64,000 nt of DNA from Octopus vulgaris (GCA_951406725.2 OX597820.1:96410001-96474000), one strand, 5' to 3'. Positions 1 to 11,435 are shown, counted from the stretch's first letter. The notes: generated by a model not told the origin, from the sequence alone. Numbers and translations: made by a program.

Positions 1-602
1 GTCCACTTCTTGTGATCAACAGTCTGGTAGATCAGATTTTTCAATATTTTTCGAAGTTTCGTACTTGCACGTGCAACATCAAGTGAAATCACATTAGTAA
101 GATAATTATTTTAAAATAATTCAACTCTCTTTGTAATTTGTTCTCACTATTTCTTACTTCTCTTGGTCGTTCTAATCTTACCCAAGCGCTATATCATTTA
201 AAATTGTAAATTCTCACTTGAACATCATTGAAATAAGTATTGTCCAGCGTAATACCATTGCAATTTCAAGTTAGAGAAGTCTAAATGATAAGCCATAGCA
301 AGTAACAACCGTTGTACAAGCGGCTATGTACACACAGTTACCCTCATATTAAAAGACAACCCAAGGTCCATAAAATGCTGATTATGTCAATAAGTTGTGC
401 ATGTACAACCAAAGTTGTATAGAGAGAAACAGCTAACCAAGCAATCTGAAACACGTGACATACAGGGCATCGAATGAAAAATAAAATATTAATCATCATC
501 ACAATTAATATATTTAGTGCTGCTTTTTGAGTGAGTTTGAGGTGAATCAGAAGACCCTTCGTCATATATATTTAGCGTTATATACATGTATATATTTTAC
601 GT

Positions 603-605
<3 letters not shown>

Positions 606-636
<31 letters not shown>

Positions 637-640
637 TGTA

Positions 641-713
<73 letters not shown>
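606..713. repeat. (TG)n microsatellite
   Basis: Nearly pure TG dinucleotide run. Confidence 0.95.
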
Positions 714-714
<1 letters not shown>

Positions 715-781
715 TTTAACGAAGCTTTAGCGAGAAGCAGTGTTTAGGTATGAGTAAAATTTAGGTTAGTTTTAATCAAAA

Positions 782-945
782 TAGCTTGAAACATCGATGT
801 CAGAGATTCCTAATAGAGGGCGACACCGAAAGAACCGGTGTTTTCATACCTTTTTACCATAAGAGAGATTTCTTCTCCATGGTAACTGCAGTGTATTTGC
901 CTTTTAGCAGTTGAAATGGCACAAACATATTCCGACTTGCCTAAA
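782..945 (+). repeat. Diverged copy of the HHR-bearing repeat at ~2855-3016 (3' half of the ribozyme only)
   Basis: Aligns by eye with 2855-3016 (ttgaaacatcgatgtc...tttttaccataagaga...caaacatatt..gact..cctaaa); keeps GAAAC-ATCGAT-GTC at 788-801 but lacks the 5' core. Confidence 0.7.
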
Positions 946-953
946 TTCTGCTC

Positions 954-956
<3 letters not shown>

Positions 957-1020
<64 letters not shown>
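957..1020. repeat. (TA)n microsatellite, one of many (others at ~1234-1386, 1935-1976, 3130-3166, 18930-18984, 19780-19841, 22523-22700, 36704-36752, 38828-38893, 49116-49163, 52551-52607)
   Basis: Direct reading. Confidence 0.95.
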
Positions 1021-1021
<1 letters not shown>

Positions 1022-1043
1022 CAACACGGATGCAGCACGAAGC

Positions 1044-1094
1044 TTTGTCAGTGAACAAGTCGCGGTCTCAAAGCGACGAAAATATTTTGACAAA
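1044..1094 (+). ncRNA. Minimal type I hammerhead-like motif with G3:C8 core
   Basis: Stem I TTTGTCA/TGACAAA (7 bp); core GTGAACA plus extra A; stem II GTCGC/GCGAC; GAAA; palindromic stem III AATATT; predicted triplet UUU (cut after 1087). Lies in a ~210-bp unit (1021-1232) flanked by (TA)n on both sides. Confidence 0.7.
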
Positions 1095-1258
1095 TTAAAT
1101 TTAAATATTGAAGTGAATCTAACGGTTTTGTGTGTTTCTTAAATGGCTTATAAACACCTTCCACGCCGCAATTGTTTTCGTTCCAGCACACGATCTCAGA
1201 TCAAGTCACTCGCTATGCAAGTACATCTCCGTAATATATATATATATATATATATACT

Positions 1259-1289
<31 letters not shown>

Positions 1290-1305
1290 GTATTTATGTA
1301 TGTAA

Positions 1306-1385
<80 letters not shown>

Positions 1386-1389
<4 letters not shown>

Positions 1390-1838
1390 ATACTAAGTAA
1401 TTAAGGGTTTAGCAACGAATTGCCTCACCAACACACCGAATTTAGAAATAGCAGTCAAAGAGATATAGCTATTCCTTCTACTAAAAGGGGGATCTCAGTA
1501 AAAACACAGCACTTGAAAGGCAAACACAGACAGGTAAGAAAAGAAAGAATGAAATGACGGCAATCTATCATGCAATTTTAAGTTACCTACGGACGTACGT
1601 TTCGAGATCAAACTTGATCTCGAAACGTACGTCCGTAGGTAACTTAAAATTGCATGATAGATTGCCGTCATTTCATTCTTTCTTTCTTACCTGTCTGTGT
1701 TTGCCTTTCAAGTGCTGTGTTTTTACTGAGATCCCCCTTTTAGTAGAAGGAATAGCTATATCTCTTTGACTGCTATTTCTAAATTCGGTGTGTTGGTGAG
1801 GCAATTCGTTGCTAAACCCTTAATTACTTAGTATTACT
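1386..1838. repeat. Near-perfect 453-bp palindrome (PLE-like inverted terminal structure)
   Basis: Arms 1386-1611 and 1614-1838 are reverse complements apart from one indel seen; 2-nt centre; each arm carries GAAAC-GTAC-GTC next to the axis. Confidence 0.95.
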
Positions 1839-1931
1839 TAAATTTTCCTCGAATGGGGCTTTTACATGCCGAAATCTACTTGGTGTAATTGATAATTATC
1901 CCTAATTAATTAATTTCACCCTTTATTATTA

Positions 1932-1979
<48 letters not shown>

Positions 1980-2066
1980 TGTTTGCTTTTATGTTCAGTT
2001 ATAATAAAAATAATTTTACGCTAATTTTAGTGGTTACTCCATGCTTTTGTAGAGTACAAATTTATT

Positions 2067-2178
2067 ATTCTTTAACAAGAATAGTATTGACAATGACTTC
2101 GAAGTTTCGGCGAGCTAAACCATCATCGGATTGGCCAAAACTTCGAAGTCACTGTCATTACTCTTCCTGTTAAAGAAT
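2067..2178. repeat. Imperfect inverted repeat enclosing a hammerhead
   Basis: attctttaacaagaatagtattgacaatgacttcgaagtttcggc versus gccaaaacttcgaagtcactgtcattactcttcctgttaaagaat. Confidence 0.85.
2091..2133 (-). ncRNA. Type I hammerhead motif (U4C variant)
   Basis: Minus strand: CAAT-CCGATGA-T-GGT[TTAGCTC]GCC-GAAAC-TTCGAA-GTC-ATTG; stem I CAAT/ATTG; palindromic stem III ACTTCGAAGT; GUC triplet. Confidence 0.75.
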
Positions 2179-2542
2179 TATATGTGTGTATGTATGTATG
2201 TATGTATGTATTTATCCCTAAGAATATTGGAGTATACGTATTCATGCACAAGACCTTCAAAATCTACCTGGAACTCATTTTAAGATATGAATATATTATT
2301 CTTAGCATCGTTTGCCTTATGTAGAAATGTAAACCATAGGCTTTATCTGCGGGAATATTCGATTAACATGCAGATTACTATAACTGTGACCGACAACGTG
2401 CCGGTTATAAAAATTCAATAGAATATATCCCTATGTGGAATATTACTTCCTCCACAATATCCAGAACTGAAACCAATTCCGTCTCGCCCACCACCACAAA
2501 TAATGAATATAAAATCCCCCTATCCCACCACAACAATACCAG

Positions 2543-2611
2543 TCCAAATTTCATATATATATAATCCAAATTTCATATATATATAATCCAAATTTCATAT
2601 ATATATAATCC
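2543..2611. repeat. 22-bp tandem repeat x3 (TCCAAATTTCATATATATATAA)
   Basis: Three exact copies. Confidence 0.9.
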
Positions 2612-2833
2612 TATATACATCGCAACCCACGGAAATCAACACCAGCGTGCACCTCCAAAACTCTAGCTCCTACCCAGATAACCCCGCTAATCGGATTAAC
2701 CGAACAAGAACCCGAGACGTTACTTGGTTCCACTACAACCAATCTACCAGCACAAATCAGTCAATGTTGTTGACTGTATTTTACACGAAGTTATTGCTAT
2801 ATACGTTTGTTCAGAGTGGCCTCTCTTAGGTAC

Positions 2834-2880
2834 ATCCCATTGATAAGGGTTAAATATCTTGAAACATCGATGTCTGGGAT
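2834..2880 (+). ncRNA. Hammerhead-like motif with U3:A8 core
   Basis: ATCCCA-TTGATAA-GGGTTAAATATCTT-GAAAC-ATCGAT-GTC-TGGGAT; 6-bp stem I extended by TCTCTTAGG/CCTGAGAGA; stem II weak and wobble-rich. Confidence 0.65.
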
Positions 2881-3121
2881 TCCTGAGAGATGGTAACACT
2901 GAACAAATAGGGTGTTTTCACAGTTTTTTACCATAAGAGAAATATTTTCTCTACGGCAGTGAATTTGTCTTTTAGCACTTGAAATATGTGACAAACATAT
3001 TTTGACTAACCTAAAGTTTGCCTATGCCTAACACTACTTGGCGCTAACATTTCGTTCTTGTCCCATTTTGTATTACCTAATTGTCTGGATGTTCTGCGTT
3101 CTTGTCCCATTTTGTATTTTT

Positions 3122-3201
<80 letters not shown>

Positions 3202-3439
3202 AGACAGACAGACAGACAGTGAGAATAGATAACGTCATCCATCCATTTATACATACATGTACATGCATATATAAACATATACACATATGTATGTGTATAC
3301 ATACAGCCTGGTAGTTAGAGTGTTACACTCATGATCGCGAGATCATGGTTTTGGTTCCCGGTTCGGCTGCGTATTGTGACCAGCGATGTATAACAACATC
3401 CAATAGTCTGGTCGATACCAAGATACACATATTAATAAT

Positions 3440-3654
3440 GATATCAAATTTTGGAACAAGACCAGCAATCTCACAGTAAGTTGGTAAATCGATTACATCG
3501 ACTCCAGTACTCAACTGGTATCTATTTTATCGACTCTGAAAGGATGAAAGGCCAAGCCGACTTCGGCGGAATTTGAACTTACACCGTAAAGATAGGCGAA
3601 ATGCCGCTAAGCGTTTAGTACGGTGTGCTAACGATCCTACCAGCTCGCCGCCTT
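3440..3654 (-). mobile_element. SINE family B (Meta/MESC-like central domain); a second 5'-truncated copy at ~3685-3852
   Basis: Reverse complement of the 16168-16397 element (ggcgagctgg...gagttcaaattccgccga.gtcg.cttg.cctttcatcctttc...gtcgataaa). Confidence 0.8.
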
Positions 3655-4462
3655 AGATATACATATATATATATATATATTAATAATGATTTCAAATTTT
3701 AGTAAAAGGCCAACATTTCCGGAGGAGGGGTTAAATTGATTACATAGACCCCATTGCTCAACTAGTACTTATTTTATTGACCCCCCAAATGATGAAAGGT
3801 CAATTCGACCTCGGCAAAATTTAAACTCAGAACGTAAAGACGGTCGAAATGTATATATATCAATAATGATAGAAGGAAATTTTGGTCAAAAGTAATGGAG
3901 GTATTTTTATTTATTATATATTTTTATACGTGTATAAAATGTCCGAAAACCTACCTATGAAAATGAGTGGGAACACTTCTTTAAATAATTTCATCTTAGT
4001 CTTTGTGCTGTTGTTTAGCGCTGGAAAGTATACCTTTATCTCTGCATAAGATGGGATTAATCATATTCTTTTATAGTTGGCTGAGATGTAAAATGCTATT
4101 GACAGTTCGTCAAGACCATGATAACAATAAAAGCAAGTTAAGGAGATTTAAACAGTATTCCATCTCATCTTCCGAGGGAAACTCATAGAACTTGTACATC
4201 TTCATGTAAATGAAGAAAAGATGTTTTTTTTTTATCATTAATATTATGCTATCCTATACACAATCCAAAACATGTAGTTGTGTGTGTGTATATATACATA
4301 TATATATATATGTACGTATGTATGCATGCATATACACATATATATATATATGTATGCATACATGCATACATGTGTGTATACATACATGTGTATATATGTG
4401 CATTTGCATGAGTACATGTGTACATATATATATATATATATATAATATAATATATATATTTG

Positions 4463-4503
<41 letters not shown>

Positions 4504-5493
4504 TTCATGAACGAAGTAATGCTGACAACACTAGAGGTATTTCGATACGTAGATGTTTCTTTTAAAGCGCAAAGTTAATGTATTAGAAAACATCGTGATG
4601 TATATTGGTATTGACACTAAAAAGCAGGCATGGCAAAAACAAACGAAGCACTTTGCTTGCTGGGGCCAACAATAGATATTATAAGAAAAGGAGAAACGTA
4701 GAAGGAGAAGAAAGGTATTCGAATAAAAACATCGAGGGGAAACAAACCATATTTGGAGTTATCAACTTTGAAAGAATTATCAACAGGAAAAACCAGACCA
4801 AATATGATACAGAGCGTAGAAAATTTATATAGTGACCGTCTGCAACTTATGATAGATTGCTGATGAAGAAACGAAGTTTGTTGGGCAAGATTCTTATATA
4901 AATTATAAATGATAGCTAGAAATAACGAAGAAGTCATAAATGAAATATTTACCAATGAGATAATAAATTATTTTTGAACGAAAAATACTGAATTCTAACC
5001 CGTCTCAATGATTATGAAAATGAATTAATCAAGCATAGATAAAAAAAAATAGCAAAAGTTTTCAGGTAAGTTAGTAAATACAAGATATATGGAAAACAAA
5101 TTAAGATATGTGTATGTCACAGCAGAGAAGTTGCGTTTATGGAAAGAAAATCATGAAAATAAGTTAATTCCTATTTAGCGTTAGGTGGGATGTTAAAGAA
5201 GTTTATCTCTTGCCTTCTATTTATTTTAGTCATATACATATATATAATATATATGTGTGTGTATGTGTGTGAGGAAATGTTAAACTCTTGAAGGGATGGT
5301 TACATCCAAGGTTACCAAAATTTTATACCATATATTATTGGGAAAAATTTTCCCTAAAATAAACAGGTATGTATATTAAGTATATAATTTATATTCAATT
5401 AACAGAAGAAAAGGTTTAACATATAATTATTTAATATTCATTACTTACATTATTTACATTTGACGGATATTTGTCCTCATCTTATTTGTTGTT

Positions 5494-5539
5494 AACACAA
5501 CATTTCGGCTGATATACCCTCCAGCTTTCATCAGGTATC
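5494..5539 (-). ncRNA. Minimal hammerhead, mutated mirror copy
   Basis: Minus strand: GATAC-CTGATGA-A-AGCTG[GAGGGTATAT]CAGCC-GAAAT-GTT-GTGTT. Confidence 0.65.
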
Positions 5540-5575
5540 TTGGGGAAATGAGAAGCTGGGTTCTCATTTCCCCAA

Positions 5576-5621
5576 GACACCTGATGAAGGCTGGAGGGTA
5601 TATCGGCCGAAACGTTGTGTT
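5576..5621 (+). ncRNA. Minimal type I hammerhead ribozyme motif, canonical core
   Basis: GACAC-CTGATGA-A-GGCTG[GAGGGTATAT]CGGCC-GAAAC-GTT-GTGTT; stem III reduced to the palindrome AACGTT; GUU triplet (cut after 5616). Confidence 0.85.
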
Positions 5622-5919
5622 AACAACAAAGAAGATGAAGCAAATATCCGTCAAATGTAAATAATGTAAATAACGTACATAATTTCTCATCTCTGTAATA
5701 TAGAACTCTAATTCTTTAATGTTTGATATTTCCCTGATGACATTTTGTTCATAACTTATAAACGCGGATTTATTACATAAGCTTGTAATTTATTAATTGA
5801 GTATAAATTGAAACAATTATAGGAATGATTATCAATATGTTAATGAATTAATCATTAACCATTAATTCTTCCTTACGTCGGCTCCGGCCATGGGGATATT
5901 CAAAGAAGCGACTACGGAC

Positions 5920-6510
5920 CTATTCAACGAATGGAGAATTCCAAGCTTGTAGTATGAAACGTTTTGGATGAAGGCATTGACTAAATACATCTTTCCTGGA
6001 TTTTAAGAAAGTATCTGACAACCAAAGGTTACATCGTTCGCTCTTATTTATATAAGTCTTAGGCTGCTCAACTAGCTTCCGTTTAATTATGTATGAGACT
6101 CCTTCAGCTTTTAAGTGCCATATGAGGCTCGCCAGAGATGTGATATTGCGCCTTTCCGATATCCTAAAAGAGGACTTGTGGTTGATGCAACGTTGTTTAA
6201 ACGGGGGCCCAGTTGACCCGATATGTTTTCGTGCCTGTGTATTGAATGTGCTACCACCGCTAATGTTTCTTTCGTTAACTCTGGATCTGATGCTTTTGTT
6301 GTTACTAGAGTCACTGTCAACGCTGATATTCCTGGACATGATTCTGGTGGTTTTGTTGCTGCTGACGTAGCAGCCGTTTCCGGCCGCAATGTTGGTGTTT
6401 GTGCTGCTATCGTTACTGTTAGTGTTGTTGTCTCTGCTGCTTGATGCGTGGCACATTCGATAAACATCTAATACCGTACCTCCGTTTAAGTAACGTCTGA
6501 ACAATTGGTT
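5920..6510 (-). pseudogene. Penelope-like element ORF remnant (linker and C-terminal GIY-YIG endonuclease)
   Basis: HIGSTGPPFKQRCINHKSSFR...TSLASLIWHLK...KRKLVEQPKTY...RCNLWL...FSQCLH resembles the Penelope EN C-terminus (YIG.T..FK.R..NH..SF...T.LS..IW.LK...CNLCL...C.H). Confidence 0.85.
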
Positions 6511-6832
6511 ATCATCATTCAGTAATAAAAGCGTTACAGCATAGTTAGTTTCAATGAATATGCAATTCGTTATACTATCGTATATAACATCTGTAGTACC
6601 CTGAAGAGGTAGGTTTTGTGCTTACAAACTTATATAAAATTAGATATTTGTTGACGTGAATTTGAGATCCTTCCGCTATCAAATATTACTGTGTTTATCA
6701 CTCCTGTAAACAATTTAGTTTTATTTACCTTCTCTTAAAGTATAATCTCGCTTTCCTATAGCTGCTCATCCAGTTGTAACCCTACCGAGTCCCATATGAT
6801 GGCTGTGTATCTATTAAACACAGTTGTTATAC

Positions 6833-6953
6833 AGCCATTTTCCTTCTCTATCCCCTAACACTCGCTATCTTCCTAACACTATAACCCAGAAATGAATAGA
6901 TACTTTTAATTTAGTTTATTTAATGCAGATATTTTTCACTGACCACGGAGCAT
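6833..6953 (+). repeat. ~120-bp dispersed direct repeat, partner at 9478-9590
   Basis: Shared gccattttccttctcta...gctatcttcctaacact.taacccaga...tttaatgcagatattttt.actgaccacggagcat. Confidence 0.85.
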
Positions 6954-8282
6954 TTTCTAGTAGTATCCAGCTTTTAACTATTGCTATTACTAGCCACTCT
7001 TTACGTCATACATTGGTTAATGAACCATTTAAATAGTTTACACTATTAATTGACATATACAGCCACACCATAGTAAATATCGCCTTTCGCATATATTTCC
7101 CATTCCATCGAATTGGTGCTTAATCATATTCATCATTTTCATTTCAGATTCATCTTCTCCCTTATACAAATATATTTTTAATAGTTATATATGTCCTACG
7201 TTACCTACAAGCTTTGTCTCTTTTCTATCCTAGCTCGATTTCTGCCTGTAGCCATGTCAACAACCTCAGTATCTTTCCTCTTCAAATAATTCATTAACCC
7301 ACATATAGATTTTTCTCCAATAATGAATAATTCTTCTCCAGTTTTTAAACAGCAACCTTCCTTTCTGATCAACTGAAAATAAAAGATTATTGACAAAAGT
7401 AATCAAACGAAATAAAAAAAATATTAAAAATAAAAGTAAAGTCAGTGCATTAAGTCATGTGGAAAATTGAAAATTATTCATGTTTTAGACATAGGTCTTT
7501 TTCAAAATAGAGAATATGAATATGCAGGATGGTAGGAAAAAGAATAAATGTCAGCCTAATGTTTCAAAGATTCGTAGTAGTAATGGATGAAGGAAATAAA
7601 TAGGTTGGAATATGATTTCCTAGTATAGGAATTGTGAATGTAGGAGATAAACAGTGGATAAAATTTTGGATTTTGTCCCTGTGCATACAAAAAGTAAGAG
7701 AATGAAAAGTCAGCAAAACAGATAGTTGTCGTTCGATATGTGTTAGCGTATGGGAAAGGATTATTGAAAGACTTGAACGGCTTAACTGAACGCCTGTATG
7801 TGAATTAGAAGGGCAAGAAACGAGAAAGGAAGGAATTGGATGAGTAAATCATTCAGTTAATTTCTGACAGAAACTTCGCTGAAGAAAAATTCGGTTGTCA
7901 TTGATGAAGGTGACTCTAGTGCTTGGATAAGATAAGAACTGAAAGGTAATGGTGGAAAAGGTCCTGATATGTGCGCGCGCGTTTGTATGGGAGTGGAGTG
8001 TACCATTACTTTTTCCTTATGATCTTTATATCATAGCATGACCTACGTTTTAACGAATACGCATTCACTAATAACATGGATTTGTACATCAATAAATGCT
8101 ATTTCTTCACATGTATTCAAGAATGCATGGCTGTATGAGTGCATATTTAGGAGGGTGTGGTTTCTTAAATACATTCTTTTACTACATACACACTTATGAT
8201 ATATAATGCTGTATTAAGTCAGTGAGATGGCGGAATAGTAACCGCATTACGTTCTGAGCTCAAATGCCGCCTTTCATCATTT

Positions 8283-8622
8283 GGGAAAGCACTCCGTCGG
8301 TTACGACGATGAGGGTTCCGGTTGATCCGAATCAACGGAACAGCCTGCTCGTGAAATTAACGTGTAAGTGGCTGAGCACTCCACAGACACGTGCCCTCTT
8401 AACGTAGTTCTCGGGGATATTCAGCGTGACACAGAGAGTGACAAGGCCGGCCCCTTGAAATACAGGTACAACAGAAACAGGAAGTAAGAGTGAGAGAAAG
8501 TTGTGGTGAAAGAGTACAGCAGGGATCACCACCACCCCCTGCCGGAGCACAGGGACAAAATCTCAATAAACACTCACAACGCCCGGTCTGGGAATCGAAA
8601 CCACTGGGCCATTGCGCCTCCT
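8283..8622 (-). mobile_element. tRNA-derived SINE family C nested in an older family B SINE
   Basis: Reverse complement of 28361-28740 with deletions in the head; 12-bp TSD CTTTCATCATTT at 8271-8282 and 8623-8634. Confidence 0.9.
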
Positions 8623-8713
8623 CTTTCATCATTTAGAGATTAATGAAATATGTACCAGCTGCGCAGTGGGGTCGTTGTAAACAATTTACTTCCTACTCCG
8701 AAATTATTGATCT

Positions 8714-8925
8714 TGAGCTGACAGAATCGTTAGCACGCCGGGCAAAATACTTAGCGACATTTCGCCTGTCTTTACGTTGTGAGTTCAAATTCCGCCAAGA
8801 TTGATTTTGCTTTTCGTCCTTTCGAAGTCGATAAAATAGGTATAAGTTGCACATTGGGTTCGATGTAATCGACTTTCACCTCCCCCGAAATTACTGACTG
8901 TGCGCCAAAATTTGAAACCAATATA
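8714..8925 (+). mobile_element. SINE family B
   Basis: gagctgacagaatcgttagcacgccggg...gagttcaaattccgcc...tttcgtcctttcgaagtcgataaaatagg...gccaaaatttgaaacc. Confidence 0.85.
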
Positions 8926-10288
8926 TAATGCTGTGTCTCGGTATAATAATATATAGGCCATCGGCTAATTGCAACCCGTGAAAAGGGCAACATGTCAAAC
9001 GACTACTCATTTATTATTATCAAAATAAGATAGACAAAACAACCAAAATATTTACAAATGAATATTTTAATATGAACCGCGTCAAAAATGATTTCGTCTT
9101 TACTCCATCAAATCATCGTAATATATTGGAAGTAATTCATACCTTGTCACTTATCTTGTATTTTACTGATATATGTATATATTGAAAGAGGGAAAATGGA
9201 GAAAAGTGGCTGTATGAATAATTTATTTGTATGATATAAAGATGTTGAATTTTTTAAATACCAATACAAATAAATTATAGGTTGTAAAGCTCAAAAAGAA
9301 AATGGAAGATACGAAAAATCTACATATGTGTTTCAGTTCTAGTCCCTAGTTGATATGCAATTCTAAGCATTTGGTTATATGCTAAGAATGGTATCATTTT
9401 TTTAACTATATGGGGCAGAACTACTTATTGAACTATGGTTAACATTTCTCACGGAAGGATACATACAGAATACATATAGCCATTTTCCTTCTCTACACTG
9501 GCTATCTTCCTAACACTGTAACCCAGAGAGGAATAGATACTTTTAATTCAGTATATTTAATGCAGATATTTTTTACTGACCACGGAGCATAAGTTTAAGA
9601 AGTTAGATCCTATATATAATGTAAGTATATCTAGGTGCTGAGTTATAGATGTTAGTGAAGAGGCCATATTGTACAAAATAATAAAGTAAATAAAAATAAA
9701 CAACAAAAAATTAAAATAACCTAAAATAATAAGGGTAAAGAAAGAAGATAGGAAGGATAAAAATAAAATCAATAATGAACAGAAATTAAAGGACAATATA
9801 CATATATGTAGAATATGTATAGTATAAAATTTAAATAAAAATAAAATATATATTGTATAAAATTTAAATAAAAAGAAAATATATACATATAGTATAAAAT
9901 TTAAATTAAAAATTCAAATAAAAAATTAAATAAAAGGAAAGATGATAATACTTAAATCTGCAAGGGAAAATTTATATAATGAAATAAATGAAGGGTAGGT
10001 TAGATGATAAAAATTACAACGGTTATATATAAGAAAATAAATTAGTTCTATTGGTTTGGTAATAGATACAGATCAGGAAAGCTATAGATGAGCAGCGATC
10101 ACATCAATATGCGTCATATTTAAAATCAAAGATAAAGTTTGAAAATTGGCCGTTATAATATGTATCTTGTAGTCCTTGCTTATAAACCGTTTTTCATCAA
10201 TATATAAAAAAAAATACATACATAAATGGCGGTGCCCCAGCATGGCCACAGCTCGTGAGCTGAAACTAGAATCAATCAATCAATCAAT

Positions 10289-10454
10289 AGGCGCAGGAGT
10301 GGCTGTGTGGTAAGTAGCTTGTTTACCAACCACATGGTTCTGGGTTCAGTCCCACTGCGTGGCACCTTGGGTAAGTGTCTTCTACTATAGCCTCGGGCCG
10401 ACCAATGCCTTGTGAGTGGATTTGGTAAACGGAAACTGAAAGAAGCCCGTCGTA

Positions 10455-10512
<58 letters not shown>

Positions 10513-10736
10513 TGTATGTTTGTGTGTCTGTGTTTGTCCCCCTAGCATTGCTTGACAACTGATGCTGGTGTGTTTATGTCCCCGTTACTTAGCGGTTCGG
10601 CAAAAGAGACCGATAGAATAAGTACTGGGCTTACAAAAGAATAAGTCCCGGGATCGAGTTGCTCGATTAAAGGCGGTGCTCCAGCATGGCCGCAGTCAAA
10701 TGACTGAAACAAGTAAAAGAGTAAAGAGTAAGAGTA
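10289..10736 (+). mobile_element. tRNA-derived SINE family A with internal (TA/TG)n
   Basis: A-box TGGCTGTGTGG, B-box GGTTCAGTCCC, CCTTGGGTAAGTGTCTT, (GTAAAAGA)n-like tail; close copies at 26326-26755 and 59951-60441. Confidence 0.9.
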
Positions 10737-11009
10737 TAAAAATATATAAAAATGTAAAAAAAAAAACACTATTGAAAAGGGTGCAAGACGCATTGAAAAT
10801 TTTAGAAAAAATAAATAACTAACTGAGTGGAAATCGAACCGATGTGTGTGTTAAATAATAAGGCACTAAAAGAGAATGACTCTCTCCAGACACTATAAAA
10901 AATACATATTCAAAATAACAATGTACCATTTATACAAGAGTCCTTGTATGCAAATAATACCAATCAAAGGGCGATTATTGCCCGTAATGCACCTGTAATT
11001 TCTAATGAT

Positions 11010-11435
11010 AATATGAGTAACATTTGCGATTGTAGAGTTAAAGAACAACATAACTTTAATAATTATTGCAAACGAAAGAATTTAGTATACCAAGCTATAG
11101 TTGAAACTGAGGGTAAACACTTTTAATATATAGGGGCAATTCAATCTTATATTAAGGCCCATCTGGTTAACCATGGATGTTCTTTTTGGAAACTTACTAA
11201 ACGTTCTTCGACTAGTCTTAGTAAATTCATCTGGAAATTAAAAGACAGTAATATCAGTTTCAAAGTCAGATGGAAGACGATATATTCTGCAAAACCTCAC
11301 CACCCACCGGATAGAAATTGTCAAATCTGAACATCCGAACGCTATAATATTCTTTTTTCGAGTAAAATATTATTAAACGAGAGGGTTGAGTAGCTCTGCT
11401 CATGCTTACACTCTCCTAAATACCTATTTTATAAA
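11010..11435 (+). pseudogene. Penelope-like GIY-YIG endonuclease remnant
   Basis: CDCRVK...YCKRKNLVYQAIVETEGKHF*YIGA...NHGCSF...STSLSKFIWKLKDSNISFKVRWK...NCQI*TSERYNIL...LLNERVE*LCSCLH, with in-frame stops. Confidence 0.88.

Larger units (their letters stand above)
5445..5669. repeat. ~225-bp imperfect palindrome with a hammerhead in each arm
   Basis: ttacattatttacatttgacggatatttg versus caaatatccgtcaaatgtaaataatgtaa; 6-nt loop at 5555-5560. Confidence 0.92.

Noticed and set aside
344-565. Hydrophobic 73-aa minus-strand ORF
   Set aside because: No recognisable motif or convincing splice context; expected by chance in AT-rich DNA.
4605-4955. Overlapping ORFs in unique-looking sequence
   Set aside because: No family motif; possibly an unrecognisable LINE remnant.
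6601-6629. CTGAAGA-G-GTAGG/CTTAC-AAAC hammerhead-like string
   Set aside because: G12 is missing and there is no stem I or stem III partner.
7473-7510. Minus-strand TTGAAAA-AGAC/GTCT-AAAAC possible U3:A8 hammerhead
   Set aside because: Needs several core lesions; could arise by chance in AT-rich sequence.
10289-10366. tRNA-like heads (also 28361-28436 and 29940-30019)
   Set aside because: Continuous with multi-copy SINE bodies and tails; not tRNA genes.
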